64,000 bases of DNA from a virus: IMG/VR virus record IMGVR_UViG_3300045988_094674, positions 32,001 through 96,000 of that record, one strand, 5' to 3'. The notes below the pieces were generated by a model, which saw only the letters and a list, made by a program, of their open reading frames with translations, was not told the DNA's origin and searched no databases. Numbering within the stretch: the first letter of the stretch is position 1; every line of letters starts with the position of its first letter. Both the position numbers and the translations under genes were made by a program. Of the stretch, positions 46,679 through 58,588 are shown one piece after another.

Positions 46679-49624
46679 TTATGATTTTGGCTCAACATAT
46701 TTATTTGCCGATGCGCTCAGATATGTGATGTACGGGTAGTACGGATAATAGCGGCTCATGGTAACATTCATAACGCCCTCACCCAGATTGGTATCTATCT
46801 TTTTTGTAATCCATTCTACGGGGGTATCATTCTTTAGATAGCGAGCTGCATATTTTATTTTCTGATTAACGTCCAACCACGGAATTAAATGCATACGAAG
46901 CGTTATAGTGTCGGTTAGTCTACAGTTTTTCCAAAGCTGATATTCTGTTGCGAGCATCAAATCCTCGTCATTCGTGTAAGCATCAAACTCTCCACCGGAA
47001 CATACGAGATTTCTGCGTCCAATTTTATCAATCGTAAAGCGACTATTATAAAGGTTCGTCAAATCCTTCGGGTCTGTAACAACGATATACTTCAAATTGT
47101 CACAGCCTTCAATTTCTTTATCTTTTTCAATCTCCGCATCTGTAGGCATCTTATCTACAAATTTCGCCATAGCATGAGACTGAGATTGACCAAGAAAATA
47201 GATCCGGCTCTCTTTTATGAGGGCAGGATCTTCAATCTTTTCTGTATGTTTTCCTTCTTCAGTATTTGTTACCTTGTAATAATGCGTTTCGTACATTTTT
47301 GTTTCTTCGTTGTACTCTTCTTTTACGATATACTGAATCTTTGGATTTATCTCAGTCTTGTCATATTCACCAGTTGTAGAATTGAACACCCATTTATAAG
47401 CACCTTCGTCTGCCTGGTCAAGATATTTTTCTCCATACTGTACAACATAGTAACGTCCTTTTTTCATAACATTTGTATCAATAGGAATATCATTACCATT
47501 TTGATCTGTTGATGCCTTATATACCATCATTGGACCATATACTTGTAACGCGTGATCTTTATATTGCGCTCCATCTTTGTCAACAGCGGTTGTGTAAACA
47601 TCATTTACAATATACATATGAGTATTAAGCGGGATATTTACTGGACAGATGAAAGATAAGCGTGACCCGTCCGATATAATTGCGTTTTTTAGTTTTAAAA
47701 CTATAATAGAGTTTCCAATGTTATTGATATCAAGCTGAATTTCGAAATCATCGTATTTGTCTTTTGGAATCCCTAATATTTCGGCAACAGAGTCTTTCCA
47801 TTTTGATGCTGACATGCCATTATCTCGTGCCTTATAAAACACTCTGCCAGTACCTTCTGGGTCGTCTTCCTCTAGTTTATCCTTGCAGAAATAATCGCTG
47901 GTGATAGTAGAACCCCATGCCTCAACACAATTATGTACCTGCGTATAATCAACCGTCGAATTTTCTGTGATAACAAGACTTTTGAAAATATCAGGGCTAA
48001 TTACAACAGGGTCATCATACCCGTTTGGAATCTCTTTGCATACAAAAGTATCATCATCAAAGTACATCTCAAACGGGTAATATAGGTCACGCAACTCTGT
48101 TAGAATCGTCCAAACAGTAGTTCCAGTATTATACTCCATGTCGTGTGGAATGCGCCGCTTCCAATAATCAATCACGCATTTTGTCATACCGGAAAGCTCG
48201 AAAGTATTCTTGATAACATCTCGCACATAATACGGTTTTGATTTGTCCTCTGTGTAAATCTTATCTCCATTCGCATCCTTGCTCTCAGTAAGTTTATACA
48301 TTGGAATTCGTGTCGAGTACCCAGTCAATGTTCCACCCAGTGTTCCATCAAGCAGGGATACTAAATCTACACACGACAAGTCAAGCTTGTTAGTCATTGC
48401 ATCATACGAGATACCATTCGACTGAATCGCGTAAACCCCGACTGAGAACCAATGTACGCCATCCTCATCGATATAATTTGCACAATTCCTGATAACTTTA
48501 TCCTTCGCAACTGTTTGGATAATAAACTGCTGAATCTGTCCCAGACCATCTTTTAGTTCCCATATGTGGCCCTGAATATCATGCATAGAATATCCGACAA
48601 ATGGACTCGTCTTTTTATACTGGTTCTTTAATTCTGGCTCGCTCCAACCGGCAATTGCCGAAACATCAACTGGCTCTAAGACTCTATTCGCAATCGTTTC
48701 TCCTTCAATGGCAGCGATCATATTTTTTAGATAGATAGACTTTCCATCTATTGTACATGTGAGACCTTTTGCGTCATAAGATAAAACAGCGTCGTTAAAT
48801 TCTAGGTCTTTCGTTGTCCATGATTTTAAATCAAACACAAAACCAGCAACAGGCTTAACATCTTCAGTTTTCTAAGTCAAATCTGATAAGTTGTTTGAAT
48901 TGTAGACTTTATTGTAAGCAAGCTTATAAACCTCAGAAATATAATCTATAACACCGTTACGACTAACTGGAATTAACTCGTCTCCATCCTCTAAAAACAG
49001 CGTATATGCAATTCTCCGAGTTACTGTGACGCCAACCGCCTCATTATCAGCAGTCCAAGCATCGTCGCAACCGCAAGCGGTAGAATAGTCACCAATTTCA
49101 AATGGGCCATTTTCAGTTGAGAAATCCTTATAGAGATTTAAATTGCGTGCAGTCCAAATGATTCGTGGTCGATTTATATTGTTAATATTTGAATATAGGT
49201 CATGCTTTGTTGCTTTGATTTTTGCAATATAAGTCAGCAACTCTTTGTTCTTTAAATCGTATTCTATATTATTTTTTACAATAGAATCAATCGAATCGCC
49301 GTCAATGTCTCCATCATATGTTAAAATACTGACATCTTTCTCTGAAGTTGGGGCTTTCATACCGATATAGATACGAACTTTTTTATCAATCTAATCTTCC
49401 GCTTCAAACTGAGAGATAGAAAAACCCATCATTGGGAAAATAGACAAACTGTATGTACGGCGAATATCAGAATCTGCATCGTTAGAACCGGAACCATCCA
49501 AAGTCAGGCCCTCAATGCTATCAATGATTTGAGACTCTTTGTTCAATAATTCTACTCGTGTAAACAGACTCTTGGAATGACTGGTAAGCAAAGCCAAGTC
49601 TTCTTGTGTTGGCAAATAAGTCAT
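46679..49624 (-). CDS. large tail-tip/baseplate (Tal-like) protein with 2 in-frame TAG
   Basis: RBS AAGGAGGTGG before ATG 49624; ORFs 49391-49624, 48872-49360 and 46679-48838 share one frame, joined by TAGs at 49391 and 48872. Confidence 0.75.
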
Positions 49625-49636
49625 GGCTCCACCTCC

Positions 49637-50995
49637 TTAAATTAAATCCGAATTTTTCAAAGTATCAGAATCCTTTAGATCTCCGGTCTCTACAAAATCA
49701 AACGCGATTTCAACTTTATTGTAGTGTTCGTCATCAGAATACGAAATATTGTCAACTACATTGATGAGCCACGCACGGCCATCCCACATTTTCAGAACTT
49801 TCGGCTTCTGATTCGTCAGCCAATTGATATATTGCTCACGATAATCGATCGACGCATCAAAGTCAAAATAATCACGAGAACGGTCATATTTAATAATTGT
49901 TCCAGAAAAGTTACCACTATAATAATTTGTCTTACTGCCATAAAATACGATTGGATATTTACTGGACAAAGTAGTTTCTACAGCTGAATTCTGTACACGG
50001 TCCACATTTGATACTTTTGCATCCAATCCAATAAAATATGTAGTGTCTTTGTCCATAAGGTAGGCACCCTCAAATTCACTTACGACAGTTGTAGTGACAC
50101 CCTTTTGCTCGATTCCATCAATTACAGGAACAATAGTGTACTGATATTTCGTTCCACGACCACGAGCATATCGGTCATACACAACAGTAGAAATAGTTCC
50201 AATCAAATTACTGACATCTCGTTCATATACAATGGTCCAATTATATGTTCCGACCTCTCTACGTTTAATGCGTAGTAAACTATATTCCGTTCTTTCAGTT
50301 GTCCTCAAAATAGAAGTGAGCTTAATACGACCTTCATATTTTTCATTCTTGACAATCAAATTTAAATTCTCTAGCTGTCCGTTATATTCAATCTTAAAAG
50401 GACAATAACCTGTATCCAGGAAATATCCATTTACTGTTTCACCGGTTGCACGAACATAATAGGACGTGTTGTTATCAAGACCTTCTACCATAAAACTTTG
50501 AGAAAGAGAACCATAATGAGCTTCTGATGTAAGTAGGTTCTTCTCCTCATCGTATAAGAAATATTTATACCATGTTAAACTTTCGCCCTCTTCTTCGTCT
50601 GCTGCATAAGATGTATCAAAAGAATAAGCTGGAAAGGGGACAACAAACGAGCTACTGTTCTGCGACACATCCTTAAAACTTAAACTTGGTCTCTTATGAC
50701 AATAAAAGAGAACGGCGTCACTAAGTTCGCTAGTTTTGCCGCTCTGATTATGTACACTGATTTTAATATAATAGGGGAGAAATCGATTATGAATCGTGCC
50801 AGCGGGGAACGTAAAAGTTCGCATTGATGAGGAACCACTTGTTTGAATAGTCTGGTCAACAATAATATTACCGGAGGCATTATCATAGATCACATATTCG
50901 ACCTCATCAACAGTATCGTCGTAACAGACATAACTGACAATATTATTTTGGTCAGCATCAATTACGGAAAATTTTGAAATAATCGGTTTTGCCAA
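49637..50995 (-). CDS. tail/baseplate structural protein
   Basis: TTG start after AAGGAGG; 452 aa, beta-rich. Confidence 0.55.
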   Translation of the reverse strand: MAKPIISKFSVIDADQNNIVSYVCYDDTVDEVEYVIYDNASGNIIVDQTIQTSGSSSMRTFTFPAGTIHNRFLPYYIKISVHNQSGKTSELSDAVLFYCHKRPSLSFKDVSQNSSSFVVPFPAYSFDTSYAADEEEGESLTWYKYFLYDEEKNLLTSEAHYGSLSQSFMVEGLDNNTSYYVRATGETVNGYFLDTGYCPFKIEYNGQLENLNLIVKNEKYEGRIKLTSILRTTERTEYSLLRIKRREVGTYNWTIVYERDVSNLIGTISTVVYDRYARGRGTKYQYTIVPVIDGIEQKGVTTTVVSEFEGAYLMDKDTTYFIGLDAKVSNVDRVQNSAVETTLSSKYPIVFYGSKTNYYSGNFSGTIIKYDRSRDYFDFDASIDYREQYINWLTNQKPKVLKMWDGRAWLINVVDNISYSDDEHYNKVEIAFDFVETGDLKDSDTLKNSDLI

Positions 50996-51023
50996 TTTAA
51001 CGCCTCCTTTGTTTTGTTAAGAT

Positions 51024-51299
51024 TTATTTATATTCAATTTCACTTCCATCATCAATGACCGTATATTCTGTCTGATTATCAGAATTTATCGGGCTGTATA
51101 CAAGCTCATTGTTGATAAAAATAAAATCATTGCAACTCACACCATTTCCCTCATTGGGCTGACCTTTCTGTGGAAATTCTTCAAAAATTATTTCGTCTTC
51201 TAAAGGCTTTGGCAAAACACTTTTATGATACCATGCTCCATTATAAAGCCTTCCGTTTTTGTCTATTTTACACAGATATTTAAATCCTTCTTTTTTCAT
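51024..51299 (-). CDS. hypothetical protein
   Basis: ATG 51299 directly after the upstream TGA. Confidence 0.45.
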   Translation of the reverse strand: MKKEGFKYLCKIDKNGRLYNGAWYHKSVLPKPLEDEIIFEEFPQKGQPNEGNGVSCNDFIFINNELVYSPINSDNQTEYTVIDDGSEIEYK

Positions 51300-51300
51300 C

Positions 51301-53064
51301 TCACATAAACCCATAAATCTTGTACGGTACACACATACCGTTGGATTGATTCCAACCGTCACTTGACGGGGCTTCCAGACCGAAAAAAGTTGCTACGCCA
51401 GCAACACCAGTCGCGTATTTAGATGTTCGTTCATAACCGACTCCAAATTCAATACGATCAGAATAAGCTGTTACCGACCGTTTATGTACGGTGTTCCATG
51501 GATATACCATAGACATTTCTACGCCATTGACCGGAACAATTAAAGAAACAAGACCAGCGTTACCACCACCGGAAAACCATGTTCCGTTCTTCTGACTACG
51601 GAAAAGAATCAATATTGCGCTATAATTTCCTAATCCATCAAGCCGTACTGTCTGTGATGTGAAACTATCGGAATTATTTTCATATAGTTCTTGCTTATTT
51701 CGAATACCTTTAAAAATAATACCTTCGCCTGTAATAGCACAACCAGCACCTCCGCTATTTTTAATTGTAACACCGTCAGATGACATTTTTACAAAATTGT
51801 TTCCGTAAATAATGTCCACACCACTATCAGAGATTTCAACTTTTTTTGTTCCGCTTCCGATTGTAATATTTCCAGTAAGATCAAGATGAATAGCACTAAT
51901 TTTACCAGCCTTAATCACACTCGCATCCAAACCAGCAGTTGCAATAGAATCTGTTGTAACAGCGCCTTTTAGATTGATTTTACTAGCACTAATGCTGACA
52001 TTATCAGCCTGCTGATTTATCATTGAAGCAATCTTTTTACCAGTGTAGTCGGTGGCAGACACTTTAGAGGTGATATTCGTTGCGTTTTGTTTAATGCTCG
52101 ATTCTGCCGTACTAAGTCTTGTACTGATTCCGTTAATACCTTGCTGATATTTTGTTTCTGTTACTCTGGCCTCAATAGCCTCTTTGGTCACTTTCAAATC
52201 AGAATCGTACTTGGTCTTAAAACTGGATAGGTCTGTATTGGCCTTATCTGCTTTCTCTTCGGCACGGTCGGCAACAAAATCATCCGTATATTTAGATGCC
52301 ACAACCCAGTCTGTGCGTTGGTAACTATCTTCAATCATGCGTCCAGTCTGGCAAATCAGCATAAAGCCATCAGAAGTTACACGTGCCCACACATCACCTT
52401 GGTCATATGGGGTAGTAGGAGTCCCATAAAACACCCGGCGTTTTCCGTCAACAGTGTCATTGTCACGACTTGCTGCATTAAGAACCTTTAGAATGTCCTT
52501 GTTTGTAATTTCACTCCAACTGTATGAACCACCACTTTCAACCCACTTGTAAGCTGTTCCACCTACCTTATTATAATAGAGGTCTCCAACGTGTACCTTT
52601 TTAGCGTCAGCGGTCGTCCAGTCCTTGGCAGGGGAGTTAGATATAGTTGGCTCTGCACTTTCAAACCAAATGATATAGCTACCATCGATCTGGTCTTTTA
52701 CATCATTGAACTTAATAATCGTATCAGCAAAATCATTCCCAATAAAATTGTCTACCTTATCGCCAATAACATTTACCTTACTGTCAACGGTCTTCATTGT
52801 TCCGATATTATCAGGAGAGCACACGAGCCGTTTCATATCACCCTGTAATGCGGTAACGACAACGTTCTGACCAACCGTAAATACCTGATCGGATGTGATG
52901 GTATACTGGCTACCGAACACGGCAATCGTATAGTCGTTCCCATTTACTGCGACAACTGTACCTACTTGTGACTTATCAAAGTTTGCATCATCTAGTTTTT
53001 TGTCAATTGTATCCACGACCACCTGAGCAATCACGTCAAGTGCGTCAGAATTTGTTTGAGACAT
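51301..53064 (-). CDS. tail structural protein downstream of tape measure
   Basis: RBS AAGGAGGGATGAG; 587 aa. Confidence 0.55.
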   Translation of the reverse strand: MSQTNSDALDVIAQVVVDTIDKKLDDANFDKSQVGTVVAVNGNDYTIAVFGSQYTITSDQVFTVGQNVVVTALQGDMKRLVCSPDNIGTMKTVDSKVNVIGDKVDNFIGNDFADTIIKFNDVKDQIDGSYIIWFESAEPTISNSPAKDWTTADAKKVHVGDLYYNKVGGTAYKWVESGGSYSWSEITNKDILKVLNAASRDNDTVDGKRRVFYGTPTTPYDQGDVWARVTSDGFMLICQTGRMIEDSYQRTDWVVASKYTDDFVADRAEEKADKANTDLSSFKTKYDSDLKVTKEAIEARVTETKYQQGINGISTRLSTAESSIKQNATNITSKVSATDYTGKKIASMINQQADNVSISASKINLKGAVTTDSIATAGLDASVIKAGKISAIHLDLTGNITIGSGTKKVEISDSGVDIIYGNNFVKMSSDGVTIKNSGGAGCAITGEGIIFKGIRNKQELYENNSDSFTSQTVRLDGLGNYSAILILFRSQKNGTWFSGGGNAGLVSLIVPVNGVEMSMVYPWNTVHKRSVTAYSDRIEFGVGYERTSKYATGVAGVATFFGLEAPSSDGWNQSNGMCVPYKIYGFM

Positions 53065-53080
53065 CTCATCCCTCCTTTAT

Positions 53081-53132
53081 AAAACAAAATATACCCGGGC
53101 TCAACCTACCCAACCCACCCTGAGCCGGGTAT
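53081..53132 (-). terminator. intrinsic terminator after tape-measure ORF
   Basis: Stem ATACCCGG(G)CTCA/TGAGCCGGGTAT, followed on the minus strand by ATTTTGTTTT. Confidence 0.55.
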
Positions 53133-53167
53133 AATTCGTTTTCGTTTAAAATTTACTTCTATCTGAT

Positions 53168-56100
53168 TTATCGTTTGTTCAATCTCTGAACCATCTTGTT
53201 TGGAAGCTGTTGTACGATTTGACGAGCCAACGCATCTGTGTCGCCAACGGGGTTATTCACATTCACGTCGCCGATAGTCATACTGATACCGCCAGGATTA
53301 CGAGACTGTACCATTGTAGCTGTGCTATGCTTTGCCATCTGGTCAGTAAACCACTTATCAGGATTTCCACCCATCTCAAACAGGCGAGAAGTAATGTCTG
53401 CAGGAACAACACCATCACCTGTTTCAAGATACGTATAACGACCGGATTGTGGTTGACGGACAATCAATTCGGAGCCTTGTTCATCGACATTGTAAGTGCC
53501 GGTATGTTTAACTCCTTTATCACCGACAGCTTTCTTTCCCCAGTTCCAGAACCAGAATTTAGAACCCCACAGTTTATCCCAGAATGATTGCTGTTTTTGC
53601 TGACCATTCGATACAGAAGAGCTAGAAGAGCTAGAAGAACCAGAAGAATCGGAAGTTTTATTTCCGTTATTAACTGTCGTCTGAACCGCATTGACAGTAA
53701 TATTGGTCTTATTTTTCTTCTTTTTTACATCATTTGCCGTATCTTTGGTATTTTTGGACACATCGTCCAGCTGGCTAGTTGTCTTTTTACCCCAGTTCCA
53801 GAACCAAATAGGCCACTCATAAACTTTTTCGGCCAGTGTCTTGGATGTGGTTCCATTTTTCTTATCGTTAGCTCTTCCGATAGTATCATGAATAAGAGCA
53901 GCGATTGAGAGGACACCACCTGACGAGTTAAAGACAGTAGAAAATAAGGACTTTCCAATCTTTGTCCCAGTATCATCATTACTTTTCCAGATTTTGTTCA
54001 AACCAGCAAAATGATTGACACCCACGCCGAGGCCGGCGAGGACTGCACCAACTATTGGAACAGCAGCCAGCAAACTACTTCCACCAGCAGCCGCAACAGC
54101 TGTACCGCCTGCGCCAGCTACGTTTGCTCCAATAGCTCCGTCAGCCATCAGCTTACTAAGACCAGTTAATCCTGCAGTATTCGTGGCTGTCATTGCAGGA
54201 ACACTAGAAAGAGATACACCACCGATCCCAAGTAAGTTTCCAAGCCATCCTAAAATGCCACTTCCACCGCTTGTTCCAGCACCTTTTCCTCCAAATGCAT
54301 TCGAGATAATTTTTCCGATATTGCTGATGCCATCAGAGAAAATAGAGGTTAGACTATTAGAAGAACTATTACTGAACAACGATTTTGCGCCAGATCCAAT
54401 GGCATCCCATGCGTTTTGAAATACGCCAATGAGTCCGTTCTTAGTTGTAGCAGAGCCAAGCTCCTTCTGTGCGTTAACAACAGCATTCTTTACGCCATCG
54501 GTCATAGAGTTGTTGATAACGCCAGTAATGCCGTTTCCACCGAAAGTGACTTCCGTAGCGTCCGTAATCGTATCAAGGCTATTCGTGATAGTCTTTGTAA
54601 TACTTGTAGAGGAGTTCTTTCCGAAAACTTTCTTAACGGTATTTACAAGGCCAACAAAGCCACCATCTGTATATGTACCTGTCTGCAGGAAATTATAAAC
54701 ATTGTTCAGCTTTTCAAGAGTACCAATCAAAGACTCAAGATTGCTAATAACAGTCTGAATGCCAGAAATTGTGCCACTGTTTTGCAAACTAGCGATAATC
54801 TTATTGTGATATCCATCAAGACTACCTGCCATCTGGCCGAGAGTCATTTCTTGAATCTGGGCAGTGTATTGGAGTTTCTTATTATAATCGTCCCAACTAG
54901 TCCCAATATCTTCCATGACCTCAGACAACTTGTCCTTGAATTCGTTGTACTTTTTGATTTGGTCGTCAATGGCTTTCTCAGCATCTTCCTTATTCCACTG
55001 ACGCTGTTTATCATTTAAATCCTGACGAGCAGTGCGCACAGCTTCGGGGTCAGCCTGCCACTCGTAACCATTCTCTGTATACACACGGCTGGTGCGCTGC
55101 TGTTCTGCACGGGCGAGTTCGTCCTGAGCTTTTGCCAATTCAATAGCACGCTCAGTTGCATCATTGTTTTCTTCAAGCGCTTCCTTCTGTTTGTTCAGAG
55201 CTTCAATACGCTTGTCGATAACATCACCCATCACATCGCCCCAAAGTTTGAGGTCGTTGGAATTGTTGGTATTGAACTTTTCAATAAGAGAGAGGAAAGA
55301 ATTTAGAATGTCTTTTACATCAGATAGTGCATTCTTGAAGTTATCGATTACAGATTCTACGCCTTCCCAGTGTTTTTTAAGCTTTGTCGTGACCTGAGCA
55401 TCAGTTTCCTGAACTTCAAGTAAAGATTCCTGTAAAGCACCATCTAATTCGGCTTGAGCTTCTTCCTTCTGTTGAAGTGCTTCATCTTCAGTTAAATCCT
55501 TATTAGAATTGATTTTAGAAATCTTTCTAGTATACCGAGCCAGAGCCTTTTGGTAAGTAAGAGTCTTTTTCGCCAACTTCTCATATTCTTCAGGAGTAGG
55601 CTCGCGGACATCCTCGATTGCAGCTTCGGCCTGAATACCGATTGGTTTACCCTCGAATTCCTTTGCAAGCTCTTTGAGCTGTTTGACGTAATTGTCACGC
55701 AAAGTTTTTACATCAAGCTTTGCATTACCATCTTCATCGTAGCCCAACAGGCTAGAGAATTCGTCAGGCAAGGCCATCAAGTTTTGCATTGTGTCCTGAG
55801 TGAGCTGACCAGTCTCGTTCCACTCGTCCATTGCGTCTTTCAGAGTATTCCAATTAGACTGGTAACGATCAAGAACATCATTAGCATTGCTTAAATCAGT
55901 TCCAAGACCACTCGCCCAATCAGTCGGTGTTATTTTTCCTTGACTAATATTTTGAGATGCGCTATGATACGCATTGTAGAGAGCATCAGCTCCTGCGCCG
56001 CCCGTTTCCTTTGCAGTATTTGCAAGATCTTCTAACGTTTTAGCTAGAGCATTTTTAAACGCTTCGGTATTCAGATTGATATTTCCGTTTTCATCCACAA

Positions 56101-58405
56101 TGTTATTGAGAAGATCAGGGTAATCCTTATACTGAGTAACAAGATTACGAATCGCATCTGTTTGTTTATCGATAGAATCTGCATCAGCAATACCAAACTG
56201 ACTATCACCCAACGTTTTGATAACGTCTTTTAACCCAGAAAATGCGGATTTTATAGCATCCGTCTTTTCCTTAGCCTTGTCCATCGCAGTGCCGTAGCCC
56301 TTGATAGCGTCAGTCAACTGCTCAAAAGAGATGGTTTCAGAATCAACACTAGAATTCAACCAGTCGAGAATCTTCTTCATCTCGCCAGCAGACTTGCCAC
56401 CATCATTAGCCGCATTTGCTTCCTTGAGTTGTGCCTTAATAAATGTGCGGAATTTGGCTGTATTAAGTTCAAGTTTTCCGTTTTGCTCCGTCAAACAAGC
56501 AGTAAACTTGTCATCGACACCAATCAGTGACTTCATTGTATCAGCACAGATATAACCATATTGGTTATATTCTTTCATGGCCTTTGTTAAGGTATCAAAA
56601 GCAGAAGCAATATCAGTCACAGACTTCGCAGTAGACTTGTTGTTCTTGCTGGCCTTATTTGTCGGGAACCCATTCAACTGATTTGTTAATGCTCGCCCAC
56701 CCTTTAAAGCGGCATTCATATTGGTGTACAGCAAAGAAAGCTGAGTATTTGTGCGAGTCGTGATTTCCTCTAGTTTTGCAGGATCTACGCCGCGTTCGCC
56801 GGCCTTCTCTACTTCGTTTGCAAACTCCTGAGCTGCACTGTATGTCGCAGTAGCCGCAGTAGCATTTTTCAAAGCAGGAAGAAGATTTTCCAGAGCAGTC
56901 TTTTCAGCCTCTGTTTTCTCTTTTAAATCATCAGTGCTTTCAGCCGTGTCATCTGCAGTAAGGTTTGCGACCTCATGTTGTGCGTTAGAAAGAATTGTGG
57001 CGGCAGCTTCTGCGTATTCAGCAGCAAGTAACTCGGCATAACTCTGTTTATTTATCTGGAGCTTACCATTAACAAGCTCAAGGCAATTCAGATATTCGGT
57101 GTTCATCGTCAGTAAAGACTGAAGAGAATCAAGACTCATGTAACCATACTGATTGTACTCTTCCATTGCACTGGTAGAAGCTTTATACGCAGACTGGATT
57201 TCATCCATTTTGGAAGAAATATCTTCCATCTTCTGTGCGCCAGCAGCCAATGCGTCAACACCATTTGCAGAAGACTGAGCTACAATACCAACTTGAACAA
57301 GTGCTTGGATAAACGCATTCACACCGTTTGTGTCAGCAGAGAAGTCCATGTCGGTCAGAGCTTTGCGAAGATTTGCAAGGGCTTGAGCTTGCTCGTCGGA
57401 TAATCCTTCGTTTGTACCCCACAAGAGTTCATTCAGCTTACTTGCATCAAATCCATCAATCGTATCTTCCAGAGTTTGAACAGCAGAATTTACCTTATCG
57501 AAAGTAAAACTGACATCCATACTGTTATTATTGTCATTCTGCCAAAAATCAACTGCTTGAAGTTTTCTACGAGCGTTTGTATTGTTGTTGATAGCATCCG
57601 TTGAGTCGTTGTAAGAATCTACATCATCACGGAGAGCAGATTGTTCATCAAGCAAGAATTGATACAGACTATGATACGTTCCACCGGCAGCTCGTTCAGC
57701 CTCAGTTGTGTTATCAATGATATATTTTAATGCTTTGCCAACTTCGTTGTAATAATCAACAATTGAATCCGCATCATTTAACTTGTCAGGTCCATAACCA
57801 CCGAACTTGTTAAAGACATCAATGCCAGCATTTTTAATCTGGTCTCCCATATCCATTTCAGGAGCCGACCAAACAGTAAGATAATGCGTCCGATTATTCT
57901 TCTTGGCTGTATCAACAAGCTTATCGCCTTGAGCATCTTTGTTCTGTGTCAACTCATAACGAGATGCCTCTAACTGCTCCGCTGTAATATCCTGAAGTAA
58001 TCCAAGCTGCTCTTCATACTTGCCATTTTGAAGGTCAAGTTTACCAAGTTTATTTTCATCAAGCGTTCTTTGTTCTTTCGCAAGATCAAGAATCTCTGCC
58101 TGAATGTCTTTTGCTTGATCAAAGTCCTCTGTATCCCAACCAGACTTGTCGCCAAGTTCTTCATAAGCACTGACCAAATCCTTTAAAGAGGAAGTGGTGC
58201 TCTGTGCAGCATCGGCGGCTTCCTTGGATTTCGTTGCGACATTTTGCACTCGTTGTGCCGCTTCCGTAATCTTCTTAGTGCCCCAAGAGACAAGCAGGCC
58301 AATTCCAACACCCAGCGCGGCATTGAGCAGTAAAGCTTCAGCTCTTAACGCAATCATTTTCAACCGCGTTCCTTCAAGTTCAAGTTTAGCTTGACCTGAT
58401 AACAT
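53168..58405 (-). CDS. tape-measure-like protein, large distal part
   Basis: 1745 aa coiled-coil protein with Gly/Ala-rich hydrophobic block; no SD before ATG 58405; frame stays open upstream to 58633. Confidence 0.7.
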   Translation of the reverse strand: MLSGQAKLELEGTRLKMIALRAEALLLNAALGVGIGLLVSWGTKKITEAAQRVQNVATKSKEAADAAQSTTSSLKDLVSAYEELGDKSGWDTEDFDQAKDIQAEILDLAKEQRTLDENKLGKLDLQNGKYEEQLGLLQDITAEQLEASRYELTQNKDAQGDKLVDTAKKNNRTHYLTVWSAPEMDMGDQIKNAGIDVFNKFGGYGPDKLNDADSIVDYYNEVGKALKYIIDNTTEAERAAGGTYHSLYQFLLDEQSALRDDVDSYNDSTDAINNNTNARRKLQAVDFWQNDNNNSMDVSFTFDKVNSAVQTLEDTIDGFDASKLNELLWGTNEGLSDEQAQALANLRKALTDMDFSADTNGVNAFIQALVQVGIVAQSSANGVDALAAGAQKMEDISSKMDEIQSAYKASTSAMEEYNQYGYMSLDSLQSLLTMNTEYLNCLELVNGKLQINKQSYAELLAAEYAEAAATILSNAQHEVANLTADDTAESTDDLKEKTEAEKTALENLLPALKNATAATATYSAAQEFANEVEKAGERGVDPAKLEEITTRTNTQLSLLYTNMNAALKGGRALTNQLNGFPTNKASKNNKSTAKSVTDIASAFDTLTKAMKEYNQYGYICADTMKSLIGVDDKFTACLTEQNGKLELNTAKFRTFIKAQLKEANAANDGGKSAGEMKKILDWLNSSVDSETISFEQLTDAIKGYGTAMDKAKEKTDAIKSAFSGLKDVIKTLGDSQFGIADADSIDKQTDAIRNLVTQYKDYPDLLNNIVDENGNINLNTEAFKNALAKTLEDLANTAKETGGAGADALYNAYHSASQNISQGKITPTDWASGLGTDLSNANDVLDRYQSNWNTLKDAMDEWNETGQLTQDTMQNLMALPDEFSSLLGYDEDGNAKLDVKTLRDNYVKQLKELAKEFEGKPIGIQAEAAIEDVREPTPEEYEKLAKKTLTYQKALARYTRKISKINSNKDLTEDEALQQKEEAQAELDGALQESLLEVQETDAQVTTKLKKHWEGVESVIDNFKNALSDVKDILNSFLSLIEKFNTNNSNDLKLWGDVMGDVIDKRIEALNKQKEALEENNDATERAIELAKAQDELARAEQQRTSRVYTENGYEWQADPEAVRTARQDLNDKQRQWNKEDAEKAIDDQIKKYNEFKDKLSEVMEDIGTSWDDYNKKLQYTAQIQEMTLGQMAGSLDGYHNKIIASLQNSGTISGIQTVISNLESLIGTLEKLNNVYNFLQTGTYTDGGFVGLVNTVKKVFGKNSSTSITKTITNSLDTITDATEVTFGGNGITGVINNSMTDGVKNAVVNAQKELGSATTKNGLIGVFQNAWDAIGSGAKSLFSNSSSNSLTSIFSDGISNIGKIISNAFGGKGAGTSGGSGILGWLGNLLGIGGVSLSSVPAMTATNTAGLTGLSKLMADGAIGANVAGAGGTAVAAAGGSSLLAAVPIVGAVLAGLGVGVNHFAGLNKIWKSNDDTGTKIGKSLFSTVFNSSGGVLSIAALIHDTIGRANDKKNGTTSKTLAEKVYEWPIWFWNWGKKTTSQLDDVSKNTKDTANDVKKKKNKTNITVNAVQTTVNNGNKTSDSSGSSSSSSSSVSNGQQKQQSFWDKLWGSKFWFWNWGKKAVGDKGVKHTGTYNVDEQGSELIVRQPQSGRYTYLETGDGVVPADITSRLFEMGGNPDKWFTDQMAKHSTATMVQSRNPGGISMTIGDVNVNNPVGDTDALARQIVQQLPNKMVQRLNKR

Positions 58406-58553
58406 CCATTTGATAAAATCAGAAATAGAAAGATTAGTTTCGCCAGGAATACTCTTGTAAGCTTTATATTTTTCAATTAAAGCAACTAACGAAGTACCTA
58501 CTTGGTTAAAAGCACTTATCTGTAATTCTTTTTCTTTGGAGTCAACCGTAAAG

Positions 58554-58564
58554 AAAGTTAATAT
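58554..58564. repeat. left copy of 11-bp inverted repeat AAAGTTAATAT
   Basis: Exact reverse complement of 60816-60826. Confidence 0.5.
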
Positions 58565-58588
58565 CGATTTCGAGGAGATGTGAAATCT

